Source: Cyanobacteria bacterium P01_F01_bin.150
GTDB taxonomy: Bacteria > Cyanobacteriota > Cyanobacteriia > CAKZMO01
Assembly: GCA_039189765.1 (NCBI GenBank)
Contig: JBCCYL010000001.1
Span: 132,577-196,576 of the forward strand
Length of the DNA stretch: 64,000 nucleotides
Direction of reading: 5' to 3'
Shown piece by piece: positions 38,201-47,833 of this stretch. Position 1 is the first letter of the stretch; each line of letters begins with the position of its first letter. Position numbers and translations under genes: made by a program. The notes beneath the pieces are model-generated. The model searched no databases, was not told the origin of the DNA, and worked only from the letters and a program-made list of their open reading frames with translations.

Positions 38201-38730
38201 AAATTGATGCAGTTGTTGCTCTTACTGATGCACCAGCGCTTAGCACTAGCATTGACTTCGAGGGTGATGCCCTAGAGGTTGGGGATGTGGTGACTGACCA
38301 GTTTGATGGTTTGACCGTTGCTGTTGAAGGTGAGTTGGAAGCGATGATCTTTGATACGGCCAATCCAACCGGAGGCGATTACGACCTCCGCAGTGATGAT
38401 CTGGGCAAGGTGTTGATTATCTCTGAGGACGGTGACTCTGCTAATCCGGATGACAACCTCAGAGGCGGCACCCTAATGTTTGATTGGGACGGTGAGGTCA
38501 GCCTTGCCAGCATCGGTCTACTAGATATTGAGGAGTCCGGCGGTACCGTTACGCTCTATGGCGCAGATGACATGACGGTGTTGACCACTATTGATATTCC
38601 TGCGTTGGATGACAACAGCTATCAAAGCCTCAGTATTGGAGCTGATGCTGTCGGCAAGATGGATGTGTTGCTAGCAGGCAGTGGTGCCATCACCGAAATC
38701 ATTGTGGGTGAGGATAGCGGCATCGCGTAA
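32284..38730 (+). CDS. P5: giant acidic repeat protein (2148 aa) with Ig-like repeats, two GVTS-type modules, an inserted FSWTGQ module and the shared C-terminal domain
   Basis: GAGGA lies at 32270-32274. The N-terminal ~580 aa are nearly identical to P6. Confidence 0.9.
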   Translation: MYSESVSGDITNNPNDPLALPLEEGANSLSATTGNGDQEYVTVTVPAGFELESLTLSSFSSGGDSAFIGVQSGTTFTEPLEDGANVGNILGYALFSGGQVGTNILDNIGNGAGAIGFDGTLPAGEYTFALQQLSGPTDYELTFNVAAVDEGGDGGDGGDGGDGGDGGDGGGGLPVVSYEAVPAVFSEEADNNLVEYKFSVDGELPEGGLVIKFKSFGNNDFIEWSNQFAAAPGPELVNLEFADFTFNPETGLLDDFDLLITDTEASFQIYLINDIVEEGSQVFDFRVVEGEGYIVDPNQSPLFTINDDNGGPGVGPTIGLSVSETNLAEADSLTVTFDVDGDIPPEGVQVLVQSDVGGSLGQFDLANLNNITTTGIEGLPEVGDAGGGSFFATLTASTATITLDVFDDIVAEDPLDITFTLANGEVYEVDPDAASATLTISDQEQPAGPTVSLSVDNTDLVEGGDPVTLSIAVDGAIPDGGLPVLINDVTSAQSGVRSLTEFDVANVITAGLSGFPEPAEGDSGFFVTVVESSATITLGAIDEGADEDESLENFTFEVIDGEAYEVDADAGSVTVSITDAADAGDGGSGGGDGIMRQIVDGNTSISLDLDALGLTLVSEDSSGTPADGFALGFDILDDETTFEIATDPVAFDSGTIEHFGSVTLGLGDAEVTIGDFSIGFDPARVSDTASGFFVSDTLEDDLGLEVLFDLGNPAISLSEDQTTLDVGGDLLLSPELASALGLEAGIDVGDALVESLVRDPAETPVISISFVPASEIDPDTGDTVINEDDGREVALRLSYDAGVIPPGGYAVAWILDVDDLFAVPGLFDGNRPAGFEENAYRLIEPRDDENDPGGTKFVLAPRQLESDLFFSIFDDIIEEEPITLNLGLQAEEEGYELGTSLVTIRLQDGPSATPGEGPTVDLSVDSTEVDEGGEFTVNFDVEGAIPDGGLTVFVDGPPAALSEFNIFGDDGIDPETDIVGLAGFPEADGDAGGFFATITENQASITLSVFEDGPGEGEETLTFELADGELYEVANSSVDLTINSDTPEGTAIVGITLEPTFVSEEDEGASFTATFTVTNADIPAVEFDADGNYVSGGLSVLVDGADITPIFDEITGGPILDGLAIGSFFDPDQPNLIEFVLLQEDSTGTLNIVNDVIEEENQDYTFTILNDENDLLGSNYVVNPDTASATVTLSDGNGGPGVGPTVGITVDKDTVAEGETVTLNFTVDGEIPDEGLEVLVQSPTPGAIGEFSIFDADGNFLIETTGMAGFPISADGIGSSFLATITEPTASITLSAFDDGPDEGVESLTFDIVNGEVYEVSEIEGSVTVDIVDTVSALPTVSISTPTPVVSEDSDPTLTVVFTVDGEIPEGGVPISIGGDLTSLFDPELRLLVQAPFIVEPETGLIPVANRDPEFDIALTAPEVSVSFELFDDILEEEPLSLDFELFEGDGYIVGDTVATVTLVDGDSVTPDSGPTVSLSVDDSDLAEGDEFTVNFDVDGDIPEGGLTVFVDGPPAAISEFNIFGDDGIDPATDLAGIEGFPVADNDAGGFFVTLVENQASITLSVFDDGPTEGPESITFELIDGEEYEVTSVVTREFSWTGQIAGFSVEGDFSYDASQTYEAGIVREQDLLSFNVSFFDPDGNLLRTYEDNQDLSQYPTFNFAFDTQTQEILQDGTWNVDDNVDLTRNGFMIGEGNPDLRGDIGVQSGLAFWSRPADDKLPHLHVDDWDNELGFPIGYSSHEDVSFPTQTIAELIETGKVGETYLESAQARPEELGAPVEVSVSGNGSGGVVELTINDGGEDAVFAAESGVTSVFLDFVLLEEVAGLTLVSADSDATPAERPSFLDPFQVGFAIADTTDFTYAPAPFTPLGGTIEHSGTITLGLGGAEATIGEFSIGFDPARASDTASGFFVADTLDDPLGLEVLFDISAPGTVITSGGSLEISNADLLLAPELAGALGLADLAGADVGDAQIDAVVALTDAPALSTSIDFEGDALEVGDVVTDQFDGLTVAVEGELEAMIFDTANPTGGDYDLRSDDLGKVLIISEDGDSANPDDNLRGGTLMFDWDGEVSLASIGLLDIEESGGTVTLYGADDMTVLTTIDIPALDDNSYQSLSIGADAVGKMDVLLAGSGAITEIIVGEDSGIA

Positions 38731-38742
38731 AAAGCTTTCGAT

Positions 38743-38772
38743 AAGAGCGGGGGGCTACCTCCCGCTTTTTTT
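38743..38772 (+). terminator. Intrinsic terminator-like hairpin after P5
   Basis: AGCGGGGGG-CTA-CCTCCCGC followed by a T7 run. Confidence 0.75.
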
Positions 38773-38791
38773 CGATGGGTTTCGTTCTAAT

Positions 38792-38856
38792 GCGAAACAA
38801 AATTAACGGTGATGTGGGAGCGACGCGCCCACATCATTCGATTAAAGTTGATACCC
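38792..38856 (+). repeat. Intergenic hairpin repeat, copy C
   Basis: GCGAAACAAAATTAACGGTGATGTGGGAGCGACGCGCCCACATCATTCGATTAAAGTTGATACCC. Confidence 0.7.
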
Positions 38857-38908
38857 GCGAAACAAAACTAATTGATGTTTCAACCATTAAAAATTGAGGA
38901 GATAGTGT

Positions 38909-41900
38909 ATGTATTCAGAATCAGTCAGCGGCGATATTACAAACAATCCTAATGACCCCTTAGCCCTCCCTCTTGAAGAGGGGGCTAATTCCCTTTCTGC
39001 AACAACTGGAAATGGTGACCAAGAATACGTTACTGTTACGGTCCCAGCAGGATTTGAGCTTGAGTCATTGACCCTGAGTTCATTCTCTTCCGGCGGCGAT
39101 TCAGCCTTTATTGGAGTTCAATCTGGGACTACTTTTACAGAGCCGCTGGAAGATGGTGCTAACGTTGGCAACATTTTGGGATATGCTCTCTTTTCTGGGG
39201 GCCAGGTTGGCACAAATATCCTCGACAATATCGGTAACGGAGCAGGGGCGATCGGGTTTGATGGTGCCCTATCCGCTGGAGACTACACCTTTGCCCTACA
39301 GCAGCTTAGTGGTCCCACCGACTACGAACTAAACTTCAACGTCGCTGCTGTTGAGGATGGCGGTGACGGTGGTGATGGCGGTGACGGTGGTGATGGCGGT
39401 GACGGCGGCGATGGCGGTGACGGCGGTGATGGCGGCGGTGGCCTACCCGTGGTCAGCTATGAAGCAGTACCTGCCGTCTTCTCAGAAGAGGCAGAGAATA
39501 ATTTAGTCGAGTATAAGTTCACGGTGGATGGTGAACTTCCTGAAGGCGGCCTTGTCATTAAATTTAAGTCATTTGGCGACAACGACTTTATTGAATGGTC
39601 TAATCAGTTTGCAGGGGACCCTGCTCCAGAGCTTGTGAACCTAGAGTTTGCAGATTTTACCTTCAATCCAGAGACTGGACTGCTCGATGATTTTGACCTG
39701 TTGGTGACGGACACCGAAGCATCGTTTCAGATTTACCTGATTAATGACATCGTGGAAGAAGGCTCCCAGGTCTTCGATTTTCGCGTTGTAGAGGGTGAGG
39801 GCTACATCGTTGATCCGAATCAATCGCCTCTATTTACGATCAATGATGACAATGGTGGCCCTGGCATTGGCCCCACCATCGGTCTGTCAGTATCTGAAAC
39901 GAATTTGGCTGAAGCGGATAGCCTTACCGTTACCTTTGACGTGGATGGAGATATTCCACCAGAAGGAGTACAGGTCCTGGTACAGAGTGATGTTGATGGC
40001 TCCCTTGGTCAGTTTGACCTGGCTGATCTGGGCAACATTACTACCACAGGCATTGCAGGATTGCCTGAAGTCGGCGATGTATTGGGCCGTAGCTTCTTTG
40101 CCACGATTACAGAATCAACCGCGACCATCACTCTAAATGTCTTTGATGACATTATTGCTGAAGAACCCTTGGATATTACCTTTACGCTAGCCAATGGTGA
40201 AGTGTATGAGGTGGACCCAGATGCCGCGAGTACAACCCTAACAATTTCTGACCAGGTTCAGCCCGCCGGTCCCACTGTAAGTCTAAGCGTGGATAACACC
40301 GATTTAGTGGAAGGCGGTGACCCGGTTACCCTCTCTATTTCTGTGGATGGAGCCATTCCTGACGGTGGGTTGCCGGTGCTAATCAATGATCTCGCCAGCG
40401 CTCAGTCTGGGGTAAGGAGTCTCACTGAGTTTGACGTGGCGAATGTAACCACGACGGGTATTGATGGCTTTCCATCACCTGCTGAGGGGGACAGCGGCTT
40501 CTTTGTAACCGTAACTGACTCGAACGCCACGGTTACCCTAGCTGCGTTTGATGAGGGCGCGGATGAGGATGAAGCCTCAGAGATCTTTACCTTCGAGGTC
40601 GTTGATGGAGAAGCCTACGAGGTGGATGCGGACGCAGGCAGTGTGACGGTTAGTATTACTGATTCGTCCGACGCGGGTGGTGGAGATTTGCCTGTCCTGA
40701 GCTTTACCGCATCCACTGACACCCTTAGTGAAGCAGAAGGGACAAGTCTGACGTTCAACTTCTCTGTTGAAGGTGCATTCCCGGATGAAGGCGTCGTTGT
40801 TCGCTTTGACGAAAACTTCTTTGATACGGGCGATCAGATTAACTTCAATATTTTTGATTTGGAGAATCTGGAGTTCTTCGATTTTGAAGAAACCTCTCCT
40901 GGCCTCTTTACCGTTGACTATTTATTGTCTGCGCCCGAAGGCTCATTGACGACAGGCGTCTTTGATGACAACGTGGCGGAAGCTGAATTTATCTACAATC
41001 CCAGCATCTTACCCATCCCTGATGCCAACTACACCATTAATCCTGATGCGAGTTCCGTTAGCATCTCCATTGTGGATGGTGTGGATAGCACGGGTGGTCC
41101 AGTTATCAGTCTTGACATCACTCCTACCGATGTAGCAGAAGGCGATACCCTCACCCTCACCTTTACTGCAGAGGGCACCATTCCCGATGGCGGCGTTGAA
41201 ATAAATGTCGATACCGGCGTTGGTGTTGCCTTGGGTGACTTTATTAGCACTGATGAGAACGGTATTCCCAACATTACAGTCACTGGATTTGCGGGGCTAC
41301 CTGCATCCAATGGTGCAGCCAGCGGCTTTAGTGCCTTTATGGTAGATAGCACTGCCACTATCACCCTTGATGTGGTGAATGATGGCTTTGGCGAAGGGAC
41401 CGAGACGTTTGATGTCGCCCTGCTAGATGGAGAAAACTATGATGTGGCATCCACTGATGCCATTTCTGTGAGCATTAGCGACGCCGATCCTTCCTTACCT
41501 GTAGTAGGTCTAGAGGTTTCTCCCACCGAGAAAACCGAAGCTGATGATGGCCCTGAAATCACGCTTACCTTTACCGTTGAGGGTGAAATTCCCGCTGTGG
41601 AGCTTGATGCTGAAGGTGCGTATGTCTCCGGTGGATTGCCCATTGAATTTGACGGTAGCGATGTAATTGCCATCTTTGAACAGATTACTGGGGGAGCTAT
41701 TCCTGATGGCTTGGAGGTGACTCGTTTCCCGGCAGACGAGACCGACACTACCTATGAATTTACCCTGCTGCAAAACACCGCAACGGTTTCAGTGACGCTT
41801 CTAGATGATGTTATCCAAGAAGAGGCACAAAACTTCTCGTTTAACCTAATTCCTAGCCCTGATGGACCCTATGCGGTTAACCCTGAGGCGATTGGCGGTA

Positions 41901-44410
41901 CGGTAACGGTGACAGACGGTATCGGTGGTCCTGGGGTTGGCCCCACGGTTGGCATCACGGTAACTGAAACTGCCTTGACAGAAGGGGATACGGTCACCCT
42001 CAACTTTACAGTCGATGGTGATATTCCTGATGGGGGTCTTGAGATCCTAGTTCAGAGTCCGACTCCTGGAGCGATTGGTGAGTTTAACATCTTTGACGCG
42101 GATGGCAATTTTGTCATTGAGACCACTGGACTGGCGGGTTTCCCCATCTCTGCGGATGGTCAGGGAAGCAGCTTCCTGGCTACGATCACGGAGCCAAATG
42201 CAAGTGTCACTCTGTCTGTATTTGATGACGGTCCGAATGAAGGTTCGGAAGAGTTAAGCTTCAACATCGTTGATGGTGAGGTTTATGAAGTCTCAGAAAC
42301 TGAGGGTTCTATTACCATCAATATTGATGATGGTGGTCCTATAGCTCCCGACCCCATTGAGGTTGTTGTTACTGTAGAAAACTTGGCCCCCGACGCAGGA
42401 ACGTTTATTACTCCGCTTTGGGTCAGCTTCCACAACGGTGAATTTGATATTTACAATCGAGGAGAAGCGGCAACGCCAGGGTTGGAAAGCATTGCTGAAG
42501 ATGGAAGTGCAGCGCTCCTTGCTGAAGAGTTCATCAATAGCGGGTTTGGTGCAGTTGAAGGCGTCATTATTGGTCCTGAGGGATTGGGTGGTCCAATCGA
42601 TCCGGGCGAAGTTGCCTCAGCAACATTCACCATCGATCCAAGTGCTGATAATAGTCAGTTCTTTAGCTATGCGGCGATGATTCTTCCCTCCAATGATGCC
42701 TTTATCGCTAATGGCGATCCGATGGTTCATAGCCTGTTTGATGCGGATGGCAATTTTGTTGGAGCTGACTTCATCGTTGCGGGGGGTGAAGTGTTAGATG
42801 CAGGCACCGAGGTCAATGATGAGCTCGCTGAAACTACTGCTTTCTTCTCGCAAGCCGCTCCAAATACTGGTGACGACGAGAACGGCACCGTTGAACTTCA
42901 TCCAGGGTTTATTGAAGGCGGTCGCATCCTCAGCGAAGATGGCACCACAGAGGGGGCACCTGCTGCTTTCACTAGCGCTGACTTTACTGCTGATGGATAT
43001 CAGGTTGTTCGGATTACGGTAGAAGAGACGACTCCTCCTCCTACAGGTGATGCCCCTGTCGTCAGCTTTAACATTGAGCCAGATGTGGTGATTGAAGAAG
43101 ACGGTGCAGACGCTGTCTTTAGCCTCAACTTTGCGGTAGATGGAGAAATCCCAACCCCTGAGTTTGATGAGGACGGTAACTATGTTTCCGGCGGTCTGTC
43201 TGTTCTCTTACGAGTCAATGATGCTGAGGTATTTGGACAGTTTGGTAATGATTTCAGCATAGAAGGTCTGACCTTTGGGGAGTTTAGTGAAGTTGGCGGA
43301 ACCGTGTTCCCACCTGATTTCTTTATCCAAGAGTTTATTCTGTTGGAAGAGACTGCTAATCTTACTCAAAACATCGCCAACGATATTCTTGAGGAAGAGC
43401 CTGCATCGTTCAACTTTGAGCTGATTGAAGCGGGTGGCCTAATTGACTCAAACTACACCATCAATCCAGATGAGTTCACCGATACATTCTCCATTGAAGA
43501 TGGCAACGGTGGTCCTGGTGTAGGCCCCACAGTTGGTATTTCGGTAACTGAGACCGAGCTGTTTGAGGGAGACCAAGTTACTCTAAACTTCACCACTGAA
43601 GGTGATATTCCAGCGGAAGGGGTGCAGGTACTGGTTCAAAGTCCAAACGATGCAGCGGTTGGTGAGTTTGTCATCTTTAATGAAGACGGTAGCCCTGCCA
43701 TCGAGCTGGAGGGCATTGCAGGCTTCCCTGAAGGCGATGGCAACAGCTTCTTGCTCACCATTACCGAGCCGGATGCAAGCATCACGCTTTCCGTGTTTGA
43801 TGATGGTCCAAATGAAGGGCTAGAACCATTGACCTTTGAGGTGGTCAATGGGGAAGAGTACGAAGTTGCGGCGGATGCTGGCAGCGTGGAGCTGACCATC
43901 GATGATGGCGGACCAATACCTGGCGGTAGCATTGACTTCGAGGGTGATGCCCTAGAGGTTGGTGATGTGGTCAACGACCAGTTTGATGGTTTGACCGTTG
44001 CGGTTGAAGGTGAGTTGGAGGCGATGATTTTTGATACGGCCAATCCCACCGGAGGGGATTACGACCTGCGCAGTGATGATCTGGGTCAGGTGTTGATTAT
44101 CTCTGAGGACGGCGACTCTGCTGACCCAGATGACAATATTAGAGGCGGCACCCTGATGTTTGATTGGGATGGTGGGGTCAGTCTTGAGAGCATTGGTCTG
44201 CTTGATATTGAAGAGTCAGGCGGCATGGTCACTCTGTATGGGGTAGATGACACCACTGTGCTAGCGACCTTTGATATTCCGGCATTGGGCGACAACAGCC
44301 TCCAGTCCATCGATATCGGCACTGCTGATGTCGGCAAGATGAATGTGCTGTTAGCCGGTAGTGGCGCTATTACCGAAATTGTCCTTGCTGAGGATAGCAG
44401 CATCGCATAA
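38909..44410 (+). CDS. P6: giant acidic repeat protein (1833 aa) with Ig-like repeats, a Spondin_N domain and the shared C-terminal domain
   Basis: GAGGAG RBS. The Spondin domain at ~42356-43025 is nearly identical to that of P1, and the N-terminus is nearly identical to P5. Confidence 0.9.
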   Translation: MYSESVSGDITNNPNDPLALPLEEGANSLSATTGNGDQEYVTVTVPAGFELESLTLSSFSSGGDSAFIGVQSGTTFTEPLEDGANVGNILGYALFSGGQVGTNILDNIGNGAGAIGFDGALSAGDYTFALQQLSGPTDYELNFNVAAVEDGGDGGDGGDGGDGGDGGDGGDGGDGGGGLPVVSYEAVPAVFSEEAENNLVEYKFTVDGELPEGGLVIKFKSFGDNDFIEWSNQFAGDPAPELVNLEFADFTFNPETGLLDDFDLLVTDTEASFQIYLINDIVEEGSQVFDFRVVEGEGYIVDPNQSPLFTINDDNGGPGIGPTIGLSVSETNLAEADSLTVTFDVDGDIPPEGVQVLVQSDVDGSLGQFDLADLGNITTTGIAGLPEVGDVLGRSFFATITESTATITLNVFDDIIAEEPLDITFTLANGEVYEVDPDAASTTLTISDQVQPAGPTVSLSVDNTDLVEGGDPVTLSISVDGAIPDGGLPVLINDLASAQSGVRSLTEFDVANVTTTGIDGFPSPAEGDSGFFVTVTDSNATVTLAAFDEGADEDEASEIFTFEVVDGEAYEVDADAGSVTVSITDSSDAGGGDLPVLSFTASTDTLSEAEGTSLTFNFSVEGAFPDEGVVVRFDENFFDTGDQINFNIFDLENLEFFDFEETSPGLFTVDYLLSAPEGSLTTGVFDDNVAEAEFIYNPSILPIPDANYTINPDASSVSISIVDGVDSTGGPVISLDITPTDVAEGDTLTLTFTAEGTIPDGGVEINVDTGVGVALGDFISTDENGIPNITVTGFAGLPASNGAASGFSAFMVDSTATITLDVVNDGFGEGTETFDVALLDGENYDVASTDAISVSISDADPSLPVVGLEVSPTEKTEADDGPEITLTFTVEGEIPAVELDAEGAYVSGGLPIEFDGSDVIAIFEQITGGAIPDGLEVTRFPADETDTTYEFTLLQNTATVSVTLLDDVIQEEAQNFSFNLIPSPDGPYAVNPEAIGGTVTVTDGIGGPGVGPTVGITVTETALTEGDTVTLNFTVDGDIPDGGLEILVQSPTPGAIGEFNIFDADGNFVIETTGLAGFPISADGQGSSFLATITEPNASVTLSVFDDGPNEGSEELSFNIVDGEVYEVSETEGSITINIDDGGPIAPDPIEVVVTVENLAPDAGTFITPLWVSFHNGEFDIYNRGEAATPGLESIAEDGSAALLAEEFINSGFGAVEGVIIGPEGLGGPIDPGEVASATFTIDPSADNSQFFSYAAMILPSNDAFIANGDPMVHSLFDADGNFVGADFIVAGGEVLDAGTEVNDELAETTAFFSQAAPNTGDDENGTVELHPGFIEGGRILSEDGTTEGAPAAFTSADFTADGYQVVRITVEETTPPPTGDAPVVSFNIEPDVVIEEDGADAVFSLNFAVDGEIPTPEFDEDGNYVSGGLSVLLRVNDAEVFGQFGNDFSIEGLTFGEFSEVGGTVFPPDFFIQEFILLEETANLTQNIANDILEEEPASFNFELIEAGGLIDSNYTINPDEFTDTFSIEDGNGGPGVGPTVGISVTETELFEGDQVTLNFTTEGDIPAEGVQVLVQSPNDAAVGEFVIFNEDGSPAIELEGIAGFPEGDGNSFLLTITEPDASITLSVFDDGPNEGLEPLTFEVVNGEEYEVAADAGSVELTIDDGGPIPGGSIDFEGDALEVGDVVNDQFDGLTVAVEGELEAMIFDTANPTGGDYDLRSDDLGQVLIISEDGDSADPDDNIRGGTLMFDWDGGVSLESIGLLDIEESGGMVTLYGVDDTTVLATFDIPALGDNSLQSIDIGTADVGKMNVLLAGSGAITEIVLAEDSSIA

Positions 44411-44420
44411 AGCGTTCGAG

Positions 44421-44451
44421 AAAAGCGGGAGGTGATTAATCTCCCGCTTTT
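44421..44451 (+). terminator. Intrinsic terminator-like hairpin after P6
   Basis: AAAAGCGGGAG-GTGATTAAT-CTCCCGCTTTT. Confidence 0.75.
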
Positions 44452-44537
44452 GCAATTTCCTCGTTCCCAGCGTCTCGCCTGGAACATCGTGTTTCTTATA
44501 ACGTTGCACTATTTTGGATTCTGGAGAAAATCAATTT

Positions 44538-47315
44538 ATGGTACAGATTAGTCTGTCCACATCAACCACATTTGATGGTGATCTGAATGCTCTCGTTGAA
44601 GATCAAGGGACATTGTTAACAGTTCGATTCGACTTGGATGACGCTGCCCCTGCGGATGGGTTAAGAGTCTTCTTGGATAGTGAGGTTCCAGGCATCCTTA
44701 ATCGTCTCGATTTTGCCGCATTGGTAGCAAATCCCCAGCTTGAAAATATTGATTTTTTCCCACTTCCTCAGAGAAATGATGACCGATCCGGTGTTGCACT
44801 CACCATTTCTCCGGGGGCAGAATTTGCCACGTTTACCATTAATATCCGCGATGATGAAGACACGGTACCGCCGCAGGAACTTTTCGATGGCTTGGTAGAA
44901 GCAGAATTTTCAGTGATTACGGCGGACCAAATCCTGCCTGAAGATCAAGCCTCCATTGTTGGCATTAGTGACTACACGGTCGATGCCAATGCGGCCAGCA
45001 GTACGGTACTGTTTGTCGATACGGAGAGTCAGCTACCAGGTAATTCGCCTGAACCGCCTGATTCGCCTGAGCCACCTGAGCCACCCACACCACCCACACC
45101 GCCTGAGGCACCGAGCAACGTGGACCCTGTGGCGAATAATGATGCCTACAGTGCAACAGCGGGTGAAACCCTAGTCGTTGATGCGGTGACGGGCCTGCTA
45201 GCCAACGACAGCGATGGGGATGGGGATAGTTTAACGGTGGCGATCGCCTCCGATGCCACCAACGGCAGCGTTTCCCTCAACGATGACGGCTCCTTTAGCT
45301 ACACCCCCAATGCTGACGTTGTCGGCGTTGACCGCTTTAGCTACACCGTTAGCGATGGCAACGGCGGCAACGATACCGCTGATGTGTCCATTAACGTTAT
45401 GGCCGAACCAAGTGAGCCACCCGGCGGTAGCTTGGAGACACCTCCGGGCATTCTTCTTTCTGTAAATCCTGATAATCCAACACCTCCTGGTCCTGAATTT
45501 AGTGGGTCTCCTGCTGAATATGCAACGGCATTGGTTGCCAAGGAGATCTCGACTCGAGTGTTCGGGGCAAATGGGGATATCCAACCCACTCTCGCGACCG
45601 AAGTCACACTGCTGGGGCTTGCAGCTTCAGGATTCAATCCCAGTCTTATAGAAGTAACCATAGACGAGATCCAACAGACCGTAACCGTCTCCCATCCAGG
45701 CCTACCAGACCGCACCGCCATCTATACTGAATCCCAGGGGTCTATCATCTTACCGGTCGGCGTGAACGACCTTGCCTTCACGCCCCAGACCATTGAGTGG
45801 TTAGGACCCCCTGAAGATGCCCTCTGGCCGTTGGGAGAGACCATCGTCGAGGGCGACAGTCTGATCGATACAGCAGCTCTGGAGGCAGCGCTCGATACCC
45901 ACATAGAACGGACAGGAATACGGGCGATCGCCGTAGTCCATGAAGGAGAGCTAGTGGGGGAGCGGTACGCACCAGGATACGGTCCATTTGTTCCACAACG
46001 TGCCTGGTCCACGGGCAAGAGTGTGGTCGCTACGGCCATTGGCCGCCTGATTGACCAGGGATATCTCGACCTCGATCAAACGGTTCCAGTCGAAGCGTGG
46101 GCGAACGACGAGCGCCAAGAGATTACCCTTCGCAATTTGCTGAACATGTCCAGTGGGCTTGATCAACAGTTCGACCGAAGTTTAACTGCCTTTTTCTCTC
46201 CCGACAACGAGCATACGTTTATTTACAGCGAAGGATTTGACACCGTCGCTGATGCGGTAGAAGTTCAGCCAGGCGCATTTGCTCCCGGTACCGAATACGC
46301 CTACCGCAACGCCAATCCGCTGATTGCCACCGCTGTTGCCCGTCTTGTCTTTGCCGAAGCGACGTCCCAGGATGAGTTGGCTTTCTTTGCCCGTGAAGTC
46401 TTTGAACCCCTGGGCATGCGGTCGTCTTTTATTGAGACGGATCTCCACGGCAACTTCCTCTCCTCAGGCGCATTCTTTTCAACCGCCCGCGATCTGGCAC
46501 GGCTGGCGCTGGTGCATTTGCAAGAGGGCGAGTTTGGGGGAACCCAAGTATTGTCCGAGGAGTGGACTAACTTTGTATATCAACCCTCACCCGGTCGTGA
46601 GGACTTTGGTGCCTATTGGCGAAACAATATCAATGGTGCATTGGATTTGCCCACCGATGCCTTCTTTGCCAGCGGTGGTTTTGGACAGAGGGCGATCGCC
46701 ATCCCCAGCCGGGATTTGGTGATCTCTCAGCTTGCCTTTGATCCGTTTACGGATGATCAAAATTTTGAGCTTTTCGTAAATGAAGTTGTGGGCATTGTTG
46801 ATGCGATCGCTCCTATCGATGAAGTTGTGTACGACTTCGAAACCAGTAGCCAGGGAGAACTGAAATCAGGAGATGTGGTAACAGATCAATTTGAGGGTCT
46901 AACCATTGAAGCGGCCGATGACCTATCTGCCATGATTTTTGATAGCGCAAATCCCACCGGAGGCGATCAGGATTTGGCCAGTTCAACCTTGGGCAATATC
47001 CTGATCATCTCTGAAGATGGTGACTCTGCCGACCCAGACGATAATGCCAAGGGAGGGACCCTGATGTTTGACTGGGATGGGGTAGTAAATATAGAGAGTC
47101 TTGGCCTCCTGGATATTGAGGAGTCAGGCGGTACCGTTACCCTGTATGGAGTCGATGATGCCACGGTGCTAGCAACGATTGATATTCCTGGACTGGACGA
47201 TAATAGTTTCCAATCCCTCGATATCGGTACCGCTGATGTGGGCAAGATGGACGTATTTATGGTGGGTAGTGGAGCTATTACCGATATTCTAATAGCGGAA
47301 GATAGTGCTTCGTAA
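44538..47315 (+). CDS. P7: N-terminal family module, cadherin-like/Big domain, SxxK serine hydrolase and the shared C-terminal domain (~925 aa)
   Basis: ATG 44538 follows GGAG at 44523-44526. DPVANNDAY...LLANDSDGDGD...FSYTVSDGNGG marks the cadherin-like domain. Hydrolase motifs are WSTGKSV (SxxK), LLNMSSGL, YRNAN (YxN) and ASGGFGQ. Confidence 0.88.
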   Translation: MVQISLSTSTTFDGDLNALVEDQGTLLTVRFDLDDAAPADGLRVFLDSEVPGILNRLDFAALVANPQLENIDFFPLPQRNDDRSGVALTISPGAEFATFTINIRDDEDTVPPQELFDGLVEAEFSVITADQILPEDQASIVGISDYTVDANAASSTVLFVDTESQLPGNSPEPPDSPEPPEPPTPPTPPEAPSNVDPVANNDAYSATAGETLVVDAVTGLLANDSDGDGDSLTVAIASDATNGSVSLNDDGSFSYTPNADVVGVDRFSYTVSDGNGGNDTADVSINVMAEPSEPPGGSLETPPGILLSVNPDNPTPPGPEFSGSPAEYATALVAKEISTRVFGANGDIQPTLATEVTLLGLAASGFNPSLIEVTIDEIQQTVTVSHPGLPDRTAIYTESQGSIILPVGVNDLAFTPQTIEWLGPPEDALWPLGETIVEGDSLIDTAALEAALDTHIERTGIRAIAVVHEGELVGERYAPGYGPFVPQRAWSTGKSVVATAIGRLIDQGYLDLDQTVPVEAWANDERQEITLRNLLNMSSGLDQQFDRSLTAFFSPDNEHTFIYSEGFDTVADAVEVQPGAFAPGTEYAYRNANPLIATAVARLVFAEATSQDELAFFAREVFEPLGMRSSFIETDLHGNFLSSGAFFSTARDLARLALVHLQEGEFGGTQVLSEEWTNFVYQPSPGREDFGAYWRNNINGALDLPTDAFFASGGFGQRAIAIPSRDLVISQLAFDPFTDDQNFELFVNEVVGIVDAIAPIDEVVYDFETSSQGELKSGDVVTDQFEGLTIEAADDLSAMIFDSANPTGGDQDLASSTLGNILIISEDGDSADPDDNAKGGTLMFDWDGVVNIESLGLLDIEESGGTVTLYGVDDATVLATIDIPGLDDNSFQSLDIGTADVGKMDVFMVGSGAITDILIAEDSAS

Positions 47316-47685
47316 CACGATCTATTGGCCTGATATTCAGCTATTCTACAGAGGAGAATTCTAATCGTTTTGCAACTGATGACCGTTTCCATGCTCTTGA
47401 TCTAAATAGAAAATGGTAAAAGCTGTTTGTCTTGACCTTCAAGAGCCATCCCCCTATAAGCAGTCTCAGAGTACTTAACGATGATGGTATTGAGCAGACT
47501 AGCAAAACACTCACTGGGCAAAGTATTTCCTGTGCAAAATACTTGCTGTGCAAAAAGATCATATAAACGCATTAGTTAAGCGTAGCTTTATTGTTTCTGA
47601 TCGGTCTGATTTATCTTGGGCGATCGCACTGTCCTGACTCTAATTTGAAAACTGGAACTGTTCAGTAAAAGAAGTTTACTGTAAG

Positions 47686-47752
47686 GCGAAACAAGATGAA
47701 CGGTGGTGTGGGCGCGACGTGCCCACACCACTCGCCTAAGTTCGATCCCCCC
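47686..47752 (+). repeat. Intergenic hairpin repeat, copy D
   Basis: GCGAAACAAGATGAACGGTGGTGTGGGCGCGACGTGCCCACACCACTCGCCTAAGTTCGATCCCC. Confidence 0.7.
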
Positions 47753-47833
47753 TAGCGACTCGCTTAAAAACTCCGTTAGAAACAGCGTAAAGCTGCCCGA
47801 AACACATGCAACTGTTTAGTAATAAGGACGTCC

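Noticed and set aside
32284..40670. P5/P6 duplication as an assembly artefact
   Set aside because: The copies differ by many scattered synonymous and some non-synonymous changes and by linker length.
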